DNA from: Candidatus Enterousia sp.
GTDB lineage: Bacteria > Pseudomonadota > Alphaproteobacteria > Rs-D84
Length of the DNA: 64,000 nucleotides
Direction: 5' to 3'
Assembly: GCA_045648945.1 (NCBI GenBank)
Contig: JAZROX010000052.1
Span: 8,417-72,416 of the forward strand
Positions 17,289 to 27,957 of the stretch are shown piece after piece (position 1 is the stretch's first letter; each line of letters opens with the position of its first letter). The translations under genes were made by a program, and so were the position numbers. The notes below the pieces were generated by a model, which worked only from the letters and a program-made list of their open reading frames with translations, was not told where the DNA came from and did no database searches.

Positions 17289-18406
17289 AGGCCCTCTATG
17301 ACCGATATTAAATGTTGATAAATTTTGTCTGATGAAAAGTGCTTTTGTGCCTGATTACTTAATTTTATGTAATCGATTTTATCATGCAATAATTTTTTCA
17401 TTTTTTTAACATCGTGTTCATCGTCACCAGATAATATATGTCCGACGATAACATTTTTATTCATTGGGGAGATATCTGTTGTGACGACCGGACAACCGCA
17501 AACTTGGGCTTCCAAAATGGGGAGGCCCAAACCTTCTTCCAATGATGGAAACAGCAAAAATTTTGCAGATTTATAAAGTTCGATTAAATCATCATTCGTT
17601 ATATCAATATAATGCACAACGGGTACTTTCAGTTCTTGGAAAAATTTATCGTATAATGCCGAGCCGCATCTGGGGCGCCCAAAAATGTGTACCGCATCAA
17701 TATCGTCCGCCAAAGCGTTTAGATACTTTGGTATGTTTGCCAGACCTTTGCGTGGATCAAAAGGTGCCGCCAACACGACAATATTTTTCTTTACAATATC
17801 GGTTTCGGGAATATTTAAAAACCCAGGTGGCAAAATTGCCGGCAAAGCCGAATGTTTTTTTGGTTTATAAAAGTCTATCATTTCTTGGTCTGTTTTTTCC
17901 GAGATTGACAAGAAATGCACGTTTTCACGTAATGCGTATTGATAACCCGTATTATGTGCAAATCCCCATGGAAATACACCAGCATTATCAAATGCGAATT
18001 TATTAGCAGTACAATCATAGCAAATCATGATTTTTTTAGGAATATCTATATCAATAGATTGTGCCATAACCCATGGATTTGTGATAATGGCGACATCGTA
18101 CAGGCCCTTTAGTGAATTGCCGATATATTGTCGGTATGGATTGGCCGCCACAGAATCAATTGGCACAGATTCAATACATTTATAATTTCTGGACGAATCT
18201 GTTTTTGTTTTTTGAACGTGCGATGTCAGAAAACCAGATTCTACAAAAACACGACGCCAAAGAGTTTGTGAACCATGATTTTCTGGGACAACAAAATCCA
18301 CGGATTCCCCGTGCTGTTCCAAAATTTTGGCACAAGAAACAAATAAATTACGCACACCAAAATGAACCGATAGCCAATCAGGCTGAACAACGAATGCTAT
18401 TTTCAT
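17285..18406 (-). CDS. Glycosyltransferase, GT4-like
   Basis: C-terminal FPSLEEGLGLPILEAQVCGCPVVTTD (E-x7-E region of GT-B/GT4 enzymes). Confidence 0.8.
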   Translation of the reverse strand: MKIAFVVQPDWLSVHFGVRNLFVSCAKILEQHGESVDFVVPENHGSQTLWRRVFVESGFLTSHVQKTKTDSSRNYKCIESVPIDSVAANPYRQYIGNSLKGLYDVAIITNPWVMAQSIDIDIPKKIMICYDCTANKFAFDNAGVFPWGFAHNTGYQYALRENVHFLSISEKTDQEMIDFYKPKKHSALPAILPPGFLNIPETDIVKKNIVVLAAPFDPRKGLANIPKYLNALADDIDAVHIFGRPRCGSALYDKFFQELKVPVVHYIDITNDDLIELYKSAKFLLFPSLEEGLGLPILEAQVCGCPVVTTDISPMNKNVIVGHILSGDDEHDVKKMKKLLHDKIDYIKLSNQAQKHFSSDKIYQHLISVIEGL

Positions 18407-19533
18407 TTAAATACCTTTAATACTTCTTGGCTGAAATTATTCCATGTATATTTTTCCAGCACTGGTTTTGCCTTCTTTAATAAATTCTTCTTTATTTTAT
18501 CATCGGTGGCCAATTGATGATATGTTTCTGTTAAAGCGTTTTCATCTTTTGGATCCAACAATATACCTGCATCACCGACAACTTCTGGTATAGAAGTACA
18601 ATTACTGGCGATAACCGGTGTTCCGCATGCCAAAGATTCCAATGGTGGCAAACCGAATCCTTCGTATGATGACATATAGGCCGAAGCAATCGCGCCGGCG
18701 TAAAGATATGGTAAATCTTCTTCGGCGGCAAAGCCCGTGAAAATAATTTTATCTTTATATTTTTCAAAATCTATTCCTTGGAACAAATCGCCCCAGCCGA
18801 CAGGCCCAGACAACACCAATGCGACATCGTCCATATTATATTTATCAATAAAATCGATAAAACATTTCACAATATGTCGGAAATTCTTTCTGGGGTTCAT
18901 GGAAGAAATAGAAAAGAAATATTTTTTATGAGGAATGTTATATTTTTCGCGTACTTGTTCTATCTTTTTTTTATCCAGGTGCATATTATAACGATTGTCA
19001 CAGCCCAATGGAACAACGCGAACATCGTGTACATTTGGTTTGTATTCCAGAAAATCTTTTTTAGTATAATCAGAAATACATAAAGTTGTCGTATTGTTTT
19101 TTATGCTATTCAACAATTTTTGATAACATTTTGTATCTTCTGGTCGTACCCATTCTGGAAATTTTACCTGAATCAAATCATAAATAATCAAAACTTTCTT
19201 GGCCCATATATTCATGCGAAATTCTTTGGGAATTTCAAAATATGGGGAAAAGCAATAGTCATATTTTTTGCGTATTGTACGACGCAATAAAGAAAGTGTT
19301 TTTCTTTGTTTTATTCTTACAAAATTATTTTGCATTCCCGGAAAATTTTGGGCCAAGTAATTTATACATGGTTCAACATTACCCTGGGACGCATATGGAT
19401 ATACGATTATATTATCATCGGATAATAATGTTTTAAGACTTTCTTCGCATACACGATATACGCCGGTTCTGGCACGTTCATCAACGAACCCATAACCCAG
19501 AACAGATATATCAAACAAAACTTTCTTTTTCAT
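18403..19533 (-). CDS. Glycosyltransferase, GT4 family
   Basis: [36 protein letters not shown]. Overlaps the downstream gene by 4 nt. Confidence 0.85.
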   Translation of the reverse strand: MKKKVLFDISVLGYGFVDERARTGVYRVCEESLKTLLSDDNIIVYPYASQGNVEPCINYLAQNFPGMQNNFVRIKQRKTLSLLRRTIRKKYDYCFSPYFEIPKEFRMNIWAKKVLIIYDLIQVKFPEWVRPEDTKCYQKLLNSIKNNTTTLCISDYTKKDFLEYKPNVHDVRVVPLGCDNRYNMHLDKKKIEQVREKYNIPHKKYFFSISSMNPRKNFRHIVKCFIDFIDKYNMDDVALVLSGPVGWGDLFQGIDFEKYKDKIIFTGFAAEEDLPYLYAGAIASAYMSSYEGFGLPPLESLACGTPVIASNCTSIPEVVGDAGILLDPKDENALTETYHQLATDDKIKKNLLKKAKPVLEKYTWNNFSQEVLKVFK

Positions 19534-19543
19534 TTTTATCTCT

Positions 19544-20770
19544 TTAATGATATTTTATATGAATACGAACAAAAGGGAACTTTTTTTTGCCACCGATAAA
19601 AAAGGACCATTTTTTCTTGTGAACTTTATTTATGCTTAAACCGAACATTGTTTCAGAACGCGGGGCCACTTCTACCCTGTGGTGAATTTCTTTTCCATCA
19701 TATTGGTCAAACAAATCGAAAGATTTCGAACGTTCACCGCCATCCAGGACGGTTATTAATGTGGTCAAAAATCCAACACGTGGAATGATTGATTTTTCCA
19801 TAAATTCTTTGGTCACTTCTACATCTTCCATTTCGCCCCAAAACAGCAATGGGTTAAAACGAATTTTTTGTAAAGTTCTTGTTTTGAACACCATTGCCCC
19901 ACCATTTACATATTGGGTATTCAGTAAATGAGCATATTCGTGACAGTTGATAGGATGTGTCCATGTCAGAGCCGGTTCATAAAGTGCACAATAAAATGGA
20001 AATTCGTGTCCATCGGGACACGCCTGACGAATCGCCAAGAAATCCCAGTCATAGCCATATTTATCGAAATTTTCAAAGAAATTGTCTTCCAAATAATACC
20101 TATCGTGTGCAATCAACAGATTTGGATTTTTCGCCATATCGGCAATGGCATTTTTCTTTTTTGCAATTTCTGCGTATTCGTTATCACGGAATTGTGATAA
20201 ATCCAGATATTGAACTTTGTATTTATCATATTCCTTCTTTTTTGGTCCAGAAATAATAATTTCGTGTTTATTTTTGGGGTCGTGCCGGCGAATTGATTCT
20301 AAAAATTTAATAACAAGGTCGTCCTTTTTACCACCGGTTAACATCGCAAATGTCCACAGATTGCTTTGGTAATCTGCAAAATTTAACCGTTTGATTTTAA
20401 AGACAAAAATTGACCAGTCTGGTGATTCGTATTCCACGTCAATTTCCAAATTTGGATTACGCCCTAAAAAGTTTTTTAGCACCGGAAGTGATATATATTG
20501 AGTTCTGTGCATACGAATAATTAATGTCCCGTTTTCTTTTAATAAACGAATTGCTTCGTCCAATATGATTTTCCATGATAATACATGATAAGTTTGCAAT
20601 TCGCGTTCATATAACCAAACAACATCGTATTTTCCGTGGAAATTCGGGGACAGGCGAAAATTAGTACAACTTTCAATATCAACAATATCCATATTAAATG
20701 GGGGCATGCCACCAATCCATGCATGTTTACCTTTTTGTGCCGCCAGTTTTAATAAATATTCATTATTCAT
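19544..20770 (-). CDS. Two-domain protein: methyltransferase-like N-terminus plus GT-A-like glycosyltransferase domain (tentative)
   Basis: N-terminal YDVVWLYE...LKENGTLIIRMH. The C-terminal half has FAMLTGGKKDD...EIIISGP and an EDVE acidic motif. Weak motif support only. Confidence 0.4.
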   Translation of the reverse strand: MNNEYLLKLAAQKGKHAWIGGMPPFNMDIVDIESCTNFRLSPNFHGKYDVVWLYERELQTYHVLSWKIILDEAIRLLKENGTLIIRMHRTQYISLPVLKNFLGRNPNLEIDVEYESPDWSIFVFKIKRLNFADYQSNLWTFAMLTGGKKDDLVIKFLESIRRHDPKNKHEIIISGPKKKEYDKYKVQYLDLSQFRDNEYAEIAKKKNAIADMAKNPNLLIAHDRYYLEDNFFENFDKYGYDWDFLAIRQACPDGHEFPFYCALYEPALTWTHPINCHEYAHLLNTQYVNGGAMVFKTRTLQKIRFNPLLFWGEMEDVEVTKEFMEKSIIPRVGFLTTLITVLDGGERSKSFDLFDQYDGKEIHHRVEVAPRSETMFGLSINKVHKKKWSFFIGGKKKFPFVRIHIKYH

Positions 20771-20785
20771 TAACGTATCCTTTGT

Positions 20786-22387
20786 TTAATTATTTTCCAC
20801 ATATTTTTTGTCGTATTTTTCCCAATCTATATTTGTTTTTATAACAACGGCCGGATTGCCTGCTATCACTGCATGTTTTTGGGTTAATTTTTTGTTTGCA
20901 ACCAATGAATTCCTGCCGATTATACATCCATCTGGGATTGTAACGTTTTTTAATAGAACAGCACTCCAACCAACCCATACATGGTTTCCAATTTTCATGT
21001 CATAAACTTTGTTAATTGGTTTGTTTTTCTGCCCCAAATTATATATTGGATGTCCATCGGTGTTATAAAGTTGTATGTCCGAAGAAAACATACAATCATT
21101 ACCTATTACAAGAGATGCACCAGAATTAACAGTTGTATATGTAACAGCAGAAAAATTATTATGGTCGCCAATGATTACTTTACAATTATTGACACGATGA
21201 CGGTCATCACCACCCACATTTAATACAACATTACCATATATCCAATTTTCTTTGCCTATGCAGATTTTATTGTTTGAGCCATTGATTGTAACAAATAATT
21301 TATTGTCAGCATGAAAATGATTTGATCTGTCGATAATAATTATATTGTTTTCACCGTTTATATTGGTAATCAAACCATCGGGCTGAAAAGGAACACCGTT
21401 TTCATCGTAAATGCCGGCTTGTTCAGGCCATGTATAATTTATTTCTGGTTCTGATGCATGTGCGCCACGATAAAATTTATACTTTGCACGATAATAATCA
21501 TGTAATTTTCCAAATGTTATATGGCCCATAAAACGATAGTAATGCAGTTTGATTCCGGTAATTTGGGGTTGTGGGGCGGCGGGCACTTCGGTTGGTGTAT
21601 TATTTTGTGCCGCTTCAACATCAGATTTTTTTATCTCGTGCAATTCCTGCGAAAAAGGAACAACGGTTGTCGGAAATGTGTTTGATGGAAAATACCAATA
21701 ATCTTTGCCATCATAAATATTAAGATTTTTTAAATGATAATCTTGTTCAATTTGCTCTGGCGATATATCCGGTCGACAGAAATATATATTCATTTCATTA
21801 CACGCTTCGTCATTCGGTTTAATACGATATACCCTGAAACCGTTGTCGTGTAAAAAATTTAACGCATGATATAAATCGCATTCATCATTTTCATAGATGG
21901 ATTTGTCCGGCGTAGTTACAGCCTCTAACATACCGGCCTGAATTTTGGATAGATATTTACCCGCCGATTTTAGTGCGATTAAATCAAATCCTTGGGTGTC
22001 GATTTTGATAAATGCGATTTCGTCAAATTTTTCTTTGGATAGCACGTTTTTTAATGTGTCCGTTTTAACACGTATTTTTTCATCAAAGGATTGTAAATCA
22101 GTCCTTAAATGCCAATATGCGTCATTTTCAATATTGGCTTTGTTCATGTTTAATAATGAAGAAATACCCCAATCACCGGAATGAGAAACATTAAATTCAG
22201 CGGTGCCTTTCTTGGCCGTGATGGCGATATCAAACGGTTTGACGTTTTTAATGCCGGCGTCTTGCAGTATCTTGAATAAATGTGGTTCTGGTTCAAAAGC
22301 AAAAATAACGGTTTCGGGATTGCGCTTTGCAATTTCAAAAGCGAATTCGCCATGATTTGCACCGATGTCAATTATTATGTTTTTCAT
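20786..22387 (-). CDS. Fusion protein: FkbM-type methyltransferase plus hexapeptide-repeat (LbH) acyltransferase
   Basis: N-terminal IIDIGANHGEFAFEIA...FAFEPEP. C-terminal imperfect hexapeptide repeats (VIIGDHNNF..., LVIGNDCMF..., KIGNHVWVGWSAVLLKNVTIPDGCIIGRNSLV). Confidence 0.7.
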   Translation of the reverse strand: MKNIIIDIGANHGEFAFEIAKRNPETVIFAFEPEPHLFKILQDAGIKNVKPFDIAITAKKGTAEFNVSHSGDWGISSLLNMNKANIENDAYWHLRTDLQSFDEKIRVKTDTLKNVLSKEKFDEIAFIKIDTQGFDLIALKSAGKYLSKIQAGMLEAVTTPDKSIYENDECDLYHALNFLHDNGFRVYRIKPNDEACNEMNIYFCRPDISPEQIEQDYHLKNLNIYDGKDYWYFPSNTFPTTVVPFSQELHEIKKSDVEAAQNNTPTEVPAAPQPQITGIKLHYYRFMGHITFGKLHDYYRAKYKFYRGAHASEPEINYTWPEQAGIYDENGVPFQPDGLITNINGENNIIIIDRSNHFHADNKLFVTINGSNNKICIGKENWIYGNVVLNVGGDDRHRVNNCKVIIGDHNNFSAVTYTTVNSGASLVIGNDCMFSSDIQLYNTDGHPIYNLGQKNKPINKVYDMKIGNHVWVGWSAVLLKNVTIPDGCIIGRNSLVANKKLTQKHAVIAGNPAVVIKTNIDWEKYDKKYVENN

Positions 22388-22399
22388 GCGTACGTCTTT

Positions 22400-22744
22400 T
22401 TATCTTTGGTTTTGTTTCATTCTGCCCAGGTATTTATCGTTGTTTGCCCCCGGCATTTTTACAACCACATTTGTTGTGCCGTTTTCCAAACATTCAAAAT
22501 CGGTTGATTCACCCGGTTCCATAACAATAATGTCCCCAGCCACGTATTCTGTACCATTCATTTTTACGCGTCCAGATATAATACAGGTGTATTCTGTTGC
22601 AATTTTGTGATAATGCATTTCTTCAAAATCACCCTTGTTATATGTTTTGACCGCGACTTCGGCAACATTTGTCTTAAATAAAGACGGTTCAAAATTTCCA
22701 ATAAACCACCCTTTGGTCATTTCTGATAATTTTGCGGTTTTCAT
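22400..22744 (-). CDS. Cupin-domain protein (114 aa)
   Basis: HYHKIATEYTCIISGRVKMNG...GDIIVMEPGE matches the two-motif cupin pattern. Confidence 0.65.
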   Translation of the reverse strand: MKTAKLSEMTKGWFIGNFEPSLFKTNVAEVAVKTYNKGDFEEMHYHKIATEYTCIISGRVKMNGTEYVAGDIIVMEPGESTDFECLENGTTNVVVKMPGANNDKYLGRMKQNQR

Positions 22745-22745
22745 T

Positions 22746-23480
22746 TTATTTTGCTCTTTGTTGTTCTTTTAATTCCATTATATATTGTGCCAAATGTTGT
22801 TCGTTCTTTAACGGGTGAAACGCATCGTTTGAAATTTTGTGCATAACAACATTTTTTTGGCGCAAAATCATTTCGTTCAAAGTTTGGGAAATATAAAAAT
22901 TTCCTTTTATTAGATTATCTTTACGAATCACATCCATTGCGCATTCTGTAAAATCAAATCCGTGCCGAAAGTAATAAAAACTGACCAATGCGTTTTTAGA
23001 GATTGGCATTTTTTCTTCGGCCTGGACGACCGCACCGGAAGCGTCTGTTTTTGCAAATGAATAACGTGGGTGCACAGACGTAAAAGAAACAATCCCTGCA
23101 TCAGCAGACTTTTTACGAAAACCTTGGACAATTTTCTTGGCAGAATCAGATACAAAATCATCAACAGCCATCAAAATTAATTCGTCGTCATTTGCAATAT
23201 GTTTATATCCCAATAAAGCGGTACAAATCGCGCCACGTGTTTGATTTGAGATTTTAACTATTTCTGCATTTGGAACAATCTGTTCAATCACAGAATCAAC
23301 ACGAAATTGTTTGATATCAGATTCTTTGACACAAAATATATACTTTGCTGGGTTTAAGTCACGACAATATTCAATCTGTTGTTCCAGAATCAGTTTTTCA
23401 TTTATTTCTGTTAAATAAAAAGGATAATCTTCATTGTTTTTTTCTATGTGCGAAGATCCCATTAAAAACATAATATTCAT
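22746..23480 (-). CDS. Nucleotidyltransferase-fold (GT-A-like) protein lacking the GxGxR signature
   Basis: Paralogous to 24730-25488: NQTRGAICTALL vs ITEGQVCTALL, and FAKTDASGAVVQAEEK vs YAKTDENGLVTETAEK. However, the N-terminus is FLMGSSH instead of LPMAGRGSRF. ATG 23480 abuts the upstream stop. Confidence 0.55.
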   Translation of the reverse strand: MNIMFLMGSSHIEKNNEDYPFYLTEINEKLILEQQIEYCRDLNPAKYIFCVKESDIKQFRVDSVIEQIVPNAEIVKISNQTRGAICTALLGYKHIANDDELILMAVDDFVSDSAKKIVQGFRKKSADAGIVSFTSVHPRYSFAKTDASGAVVQAEEKMPISKNALVSFYYFRHGFDFTECAMDVIRKDNLIKGNFYISQTLNEMILRQKNVVMHKISNDAFHPLKNEQHLAQYIMELKEQQRAK

Positions 23481-23481
23481 A

Positions 23482-24117
23482 TTATTTACCCCCACGTTCA
23501 ATTTCACGAATGCGCCCCATGACATTATCCCATGTCACATCATCAACGGTTTTAACCGCCAATAAATGCCCCCCAGATGCGTTTGCGGCCTTGATACCAT
23601 TTTCATTATCTTCAACAATCAGACATTCGGATGGTTTTAAATTCAACTTTTTCATTGCAGTTAAATATATTTCCGGATCAGGTTTGGCATTTTTAACATC
23701 TTGGTTAGAAATAATAAAATTCAAATATTTATCCAATTTTGCATAACTCATCATCATTTCTATGGTCATACGTATGGAATTTGAACAGCACGCCACCGCA
23801 TAACCATTTGCGCGCAATTTAGATAAACAATATTCATGATTAAATCTTGGGCGGCATTGGTTCTGAATGATGCCGACAGTATATTGCTGTTTCATTTCAT
23901 TAATAAATTCATGTAACTCGACAGGCAAACCTTTTTCAAGGGTCAATTTTTTTAATTTAACCTTGGTTGGTAATCCGTCATAACTGGATAAATGTTCGGA
24001 CCGCGTAATTTCGTATCCAAACAATCCCAGTGCTTTATTCAATGCCTCATAGTGCCAATCTTTGGCTTCAATCAACACGCCGTCCATATCGAATAAAACA
24101 GCCTTAATTTTTGTCAT
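23482..24117 (-). CDS. HAD-superfamily phosphatase
   Basis: Motif I AVLFDMDGVLIE, plus a C-terminal VEDNENGIKAA (motif IV-like). Confidence 0.8.
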   Translation of the reverse strand: MTKIKAVLFDMDGVLIEAKDWHYEALNKALGLFGYEITRSEHLSSYDGLPTKVKLKKLTLEKGLPVELHEFINEMKQQYTVGIIQNQCRPRFNHEYCLSKLRANGYAVACCSNSIRMTIEMMMSYAKLDKYLNFIISNQDVKNAKPDPEIYLTAMKKLNLKPSECLIVEDNENGIKAANASGGHLLAVKTVDDVTWDNVMGRIREIERGGK

Positions 24118-24733
24118 AAAAATACTCCTTTGCTGAAATTGGCTTATCTGTGCACAGCATCAGATTGTCAGAATTAAATGATTTGGATTTTTTTATTTGT
24201 TCCCATTGATATCCCGTATCGCGTTTATGTAAATCAGATGATACAATACAAACATGCCCTGAATCTGCGACGATTTCGTCTAAACGCGCTGCGTCATACC
24301 AATCTGAATTAAACGCATCCAGCCACACGCCGCCACATTTATCCAGCAAAATTGGCGTTTTTATCAAATCACTTTGACCCGTATAAACATTTAATCCATT
24401 TGCAATTTGCACAACCATATCTGGAATGGACATATCAAACGTAAAATAATTCGTATGATTATATTTATCCAGCAATTCTTTGATTGCGGTTGCCTGGCCA
24501 TCTGCTTTGATGTTTAATGCCAATGGCAAATTGCGGCCGTCCATTATCTTTAGAACGTCTTCGAATGTTATCTCGTCGCCGTGTGGCATATCATGAGATA
24601 TAACAATTTTACCACAAATGTCGCGCAAATCTGTTTCTGTGCCAAAACCAGAATTAAAACTGCGAACAAAAGCGTCGCGTTTGTTACGTTCATCTTTTTT
24701 TTGCCAAAAACCACGATGCGACAAAATTATCAT
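24104..24733 (-). CDS. Glycerophosphodiester-phosphodiesterase-like protein
   Basis: N-terminal IILSHRGF...ERNKRDAF...GFGTETDLRD resembles the GDPD HR...EN...E.D signature. Confidence 0.55.
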   Translation of the reverse strand: MIILSHRGFWQKKDERNKRDAFVRSFNSGFGTETDLRDICGKIVISHDMPHGDEITFEDVLKIMDGRNLPLALNIKADGQATAIKELLDKYNHTNYFTFDMSIPDMVVQIANGLNVYTGQSDLIKTPILLDKCGGVWLDAFNSDWYDAARLDEIVADSGHVCIVSSDLHKRDTGYQWEQIKKSKSFNSDNLMLCTDKPISAKEYFYDKN

Positions 24734-25488
24734 TTTTGTTTGCCTTTTAAAAATTGGGACACAGGGTGCTTTAAGAAAAATTCCAAATCTGACGGGATGC
24801 CCAATCCATACATGCCGTCATATTCACGACCGATTGGATAAATGCCAATTTTTTTACCGGCGCGAATTAAATAATTATATGCAGGGCAGGTATAAAATTC
24901 GCCGTTTACACGAACATTATCCGCAATCATTTTCTCGGCGGCCCAAACCAAATCAGAACCATGCTTGAAATTAAATATGCCAACAGTTGCGTCTGGTGAA
25001 ATAACTTTTTTTTCTGCGGTTTCTGTGACCAAACCATTTTCATCTGTTTTGGCATAAGACCATTTTGGGTCGTTTGATTTCATTGTCATAATCATACCGT
25101 CTAAATCACGCGAATTCATCGCATCAAGGTATTCGTTAATATCAAAATCGATAAATTGGTCGGAATTCGCATTCATCAATGGTTCGTCATTGTTAAAAAA
25201 CTTTTTCGCCAACAACGCGGTGCAAACCTGACCTTCGGTAATACCATTAATCCCGATAACCTCTACATTTTTAGCATAGGACTTTAATTTCGGAATTAAA
25301 TCATACTGCTCTATGTGTGCCTGTTGGCAAACGTAAATAAACCTGTGTTCGCATTTTGGGGTTAAATTATCGGTCACAACCTTTATCATTGGAACGCCAT
25401 GCACCGGAATCAAGGGTTTTGGGATTGTGTATCCCGCATCGGCAAAGCGGCTGCCACGACCGGCCATTGGCAAAACGATGTTTAACAT
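24730..25488 (-). CDS. Sugar-phosphate nucleotidyltransferase
   Basis: N-terminal LPMAGRGSRF...PKPLIPV signature of NTP-transferase enzymes. Confidence 0.8.
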   Translation of the reverse strand: MLNIVLPMAGRGSRFADAGYTIPKPLIPVHGVPMIKVVTDNLTPKCEHRFIYVCQQAHIEQYDLIPKLKSYAKNVEVIGINGITEGQVCTALLAKKFFNNDEPLMNANSDQFIDFDINEYLDAMNSRDLDGMIMTMKSNDPKWSYAKTDENGLVTETAEKKVISPDATVGIFNFKHGSDLVWAAEKMIADNVRVNGEFYTCPAYNYLIRAGKKIGIYPIGREYDGMYGLGIPSDLEFFLKHPVSQFLKGKQK

Positions 25489-25489
25489 A

Positions 25490-26422
25490 TTAACGCTCCT
25501 TGGTTTTCATATAATTAATCATATCTGCAATAGTTTGTTGTAATGTGTATTGTGGTTTCCACCCCAGTTCTGTTTTTAATTTAGAATTATCACCAACCAC
25601 CGATGGTATTTCGTTTGCGCGAACACGTGACGGGTCAACAACTATATTCGGTTTTATTCCCAACGTGTTTGATGTAGTATCAATAATGTCGCGTAATTTT
25701 ACACCATGACCACTGCATACATTATAAACACTGCGATTCGGGGCGTTTTTGATTATTTTATAATATGCGTCAACAACGTCACGAACATCCGTGAAATCGC
25801 GCACTACATCGATATTGCCAACCATCATTTTGTTTTCAATTTTGCCACCCGCAATGTTCACCAGTTGTTCAACAAAAGACGGTATCACAAATCTTGTGTT
25901 TTGGCGGGGACCAATATGATTGAATGAACGTGTCATTACTATATCCATACCAAAATTATCTACATATAATTTCGACATGTATTCTTGGGACAGGCGCGCA
26001 ACCGAATACGGACTTTTGGGATGCAGCACAAAACTTTCATTCATTGGTGTATCGTAAATTCCGTATTCTTCGGACGACCCCACAGACAAAATTCGTGTCT
26101 TTAAATTATTTGTACGGACACCATCTGCCAAATTCAAGAATGCCGACATATTGTTTACAAAACAATTCGCCGGTTCGGCCCAACTTTGCGCAACCGAAGA
26201 TATGGCCGCCAAATGTACAATATGGTCAGGTTTAACATTTTGGATGAAATCGTTCACCTTGGTGGCGTCCATCAAGTTTAATGCTTTATATTCAATGTTC
26301 ATATCACAATTTGGTGCAATATCAACACCATAAATCTTTGCGTCTGGTTCATGTTTGTCAAGGTATTCAACAAAATAACGCCCCACAAACCCCATTACAC
26401 CAGTTATCAGATATTTGCTCAT
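25490..26422 (-). CDS. Extended-SDR NAD-dependent epimerase/reductase (candidate GDP-4-keto-6-deoxymannose reductase)
   Basis: Rossmann motif ITGVMGFVGRY and GSSEEYG. The catalytic position reads PYSVAR instead of Y-x-x-x-K. Lies directly downstream of gmd. Confidence 0.7.
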   Translation of the reverse strand: MSKYLITGVMGFVGRYFVEYLDKHEPDAKIYGVDIAPNCDMNIEYKALNLMDATKVNDFIQNVKPDHIVHLAAISSVAQSWAEPANCFVNNMSAFLNLADGVRTNNLKTRILSVGSSEEYGIYDTPMNESFVLHPKSPYSVARLSQEYMSKLYVDNFGMDIVMTRSFNHIGPRQNTRFVIPSFVEQLVNIAGGKIENKMMVGNIDVVRDFTDVRDVVDAYYKIIKNAPNRSVYNVCSGHGVKLRDIIDTTSNTLGIKPNIVVDPSRVRANEIPSVVGDNSKLKTELGWKPQYTLQQTIADMINYMKTKER

Positions 26423-26458
26423 TTGTTTTACCCTTAGAATTACATTATATTGATGTGG

Positions 26459-27508
26459 TTAAAATTGCTGTAACTTTTTTTCTTTTGCGGCCAATTTTAA
26501 ATCTTCGGCGACCATTTCGCGTGCCAAAGATTGCCAATCGTATGTCGGTTTCCATCCAAGTTCCGTACGTGCCTTGGTTGAATCGCCCAATAATAAATCA
26601 ACTTCGGCCGGGCGGAAGAATTGCGGATCAACCGCGACAACGGTTTTGCCGGTTGCACGGTCAACAGCCTTTTCATTTATGCCGGTCCCAGACCATTCCA
26701 AATCGAACCCGGCCGCCGTAAAGGCAACTTTGACAAAATCGCGGATGGATGTTGTGACGCCGGTCGCCAAAACATAATCCGATGGCTTTTCGGCCTGGAG
26801 AATGCGCCACATGCCTTCGACATAATCACGTGCATGACCCCAATCGCGTTTAGAATCCATATTGCCCAGATATAAACAATCTTGCAGTCCTTCTTTGATA
26901 CGTGCCGCCGCCAATGTAATTTTGCGGGTCACAAAGTTGTCGCCGCGGCGCGGACTTTCATGATTAAACAAAACACCGTTGCACGCAAACATGTTATAGG
27001 ATTCACGATAGTTCACGGTAATCCAATAACCATATAATTTCGCAACACCATACGGGCTGCGTGGATAAAATGGTGTTTTTTCAGATTGAATTGGTTCTTG
27101 GATTAAACCGAACAATTCGGATGTCGATGCCTGGTAAAAGCGTGTTTTTTGTGCCAAACCATTTGTATGAATTGCTTCTAGTAATCTTAATACGCCGATT
27201 GCGTCAGATTCCGCAGTGAATTCTGGACAGTCCCAAGAAATTTTAACGTGACTTTGTGCCGCCAGGTTATAAACCTCGTCCGGTTGTATTTCGCGAATTA
27301 AATTATTTAAACTGGTTGAATCTGTCATGTCGCTGTAATGCAGATGAAGTTTATTAATAATATGATCGATTCTTTGTGTGTTTGGAACAGATGCGCGACG
27401 AATAATGCCATGAACTTCGTAACCTTTGTCCAACAATAATTCGGCCAAATATGATCCGTCTTGTCCGGTGATACCTGTGATTAGTGCAATTTTCATTTTT
27501 TGCTCCAT
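26459..27508 (-). CDS. gmd: GDP-mannose 4,6-dehydratase
   Basis: [36 protein letters not shown] and [12 protein letters not shown]. The start may be the second ATG at 27496. Confidence 0.92.
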   Translation of the reverse strand: MEQKMKIALITGITGQDGSYLAELLLDKGYEVHGIIRRASVPNTQRIDHIINKLHLHYSDMTDSTSLNNLIREIQPDEVYNLAAQSHVKISWDCPEFTAESDAIGVLRLLEAIHTNGLAQKTRFYQASTSELFGLIQEPIQSEKTPFYPRSPYGVAKLYGYWITVNYRESYNMFACNGVLFNHESPRRGDNFVTRKITLAAARIKEGLQDCLYLGNMDSKRDWGHARDYVEGMWRILQAEKPSDYVLATGVTTSIRDFVKVAFTAAGFDLEWSGTGINEKAVDRATGKTVVAVDPQFFRPAEVDLLLGDSTKARTELGWKPTYDWQSLAREMVAEDLKLAAKEKKLQQF

Positions 27509-27519
27509 TTTTTATTTTT

Positions 27520-27957
27520 TTAGTTATCTTTGTTCCAGTTCGCCAAAATCCAAGACGAAGAATTTGCCTTGGTTTCCCCGCCAATACCAAAAACAACATC
27601 AACATTGCACTCTTGGGCGGTTGGGATTTCTGGGATATTATTTTTTGTTCTGTCGCCACCGTTTGCAAAGACCAAGTGGGCGTCCGGGTATTTATGACGA
27701 GCCTTTTTTATTCCGTCACATGCGGTATTATCAGAATCATCGAATTCTATAACATCTATGACACCTTTGATGTTTTCCAATATGGTGCGGCGAGTGTTCA
27801 TAGAATAAAAATTTTTACCTTTCTTGCGACATAACCATGCGTCGGAGTTCGCCAAGACAATTACGCCATCAGAGGCCACTGCGGATGCACGTATCATTTC
27901 AATATGACCTTCGTGAATAGGGTCAAATCCACCGGATACAATGTAATAAGTTTTCAT
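27520..27957 (-). CDS. Cytidylyl/adenylyltransferase-like nucleotidyltransferase (HxGH family)
   Basis: GGFDPIHEGH motif near the N-terminus. 145 aa. Confidence 0.7.
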   Translation of the reverse strand: MKTYYIVSGGFDPIHEGHIEMIRASAVASDGVIVLANSDAWLCRKKGKNFYSMNTRRTILENIKGVIDVIEFDDSDNTACDGIKKARHKYPDAHLVFANGGDRTKNNIPEIPTAQECNVDVVFGIGGETKANSSSWILANWNKDN

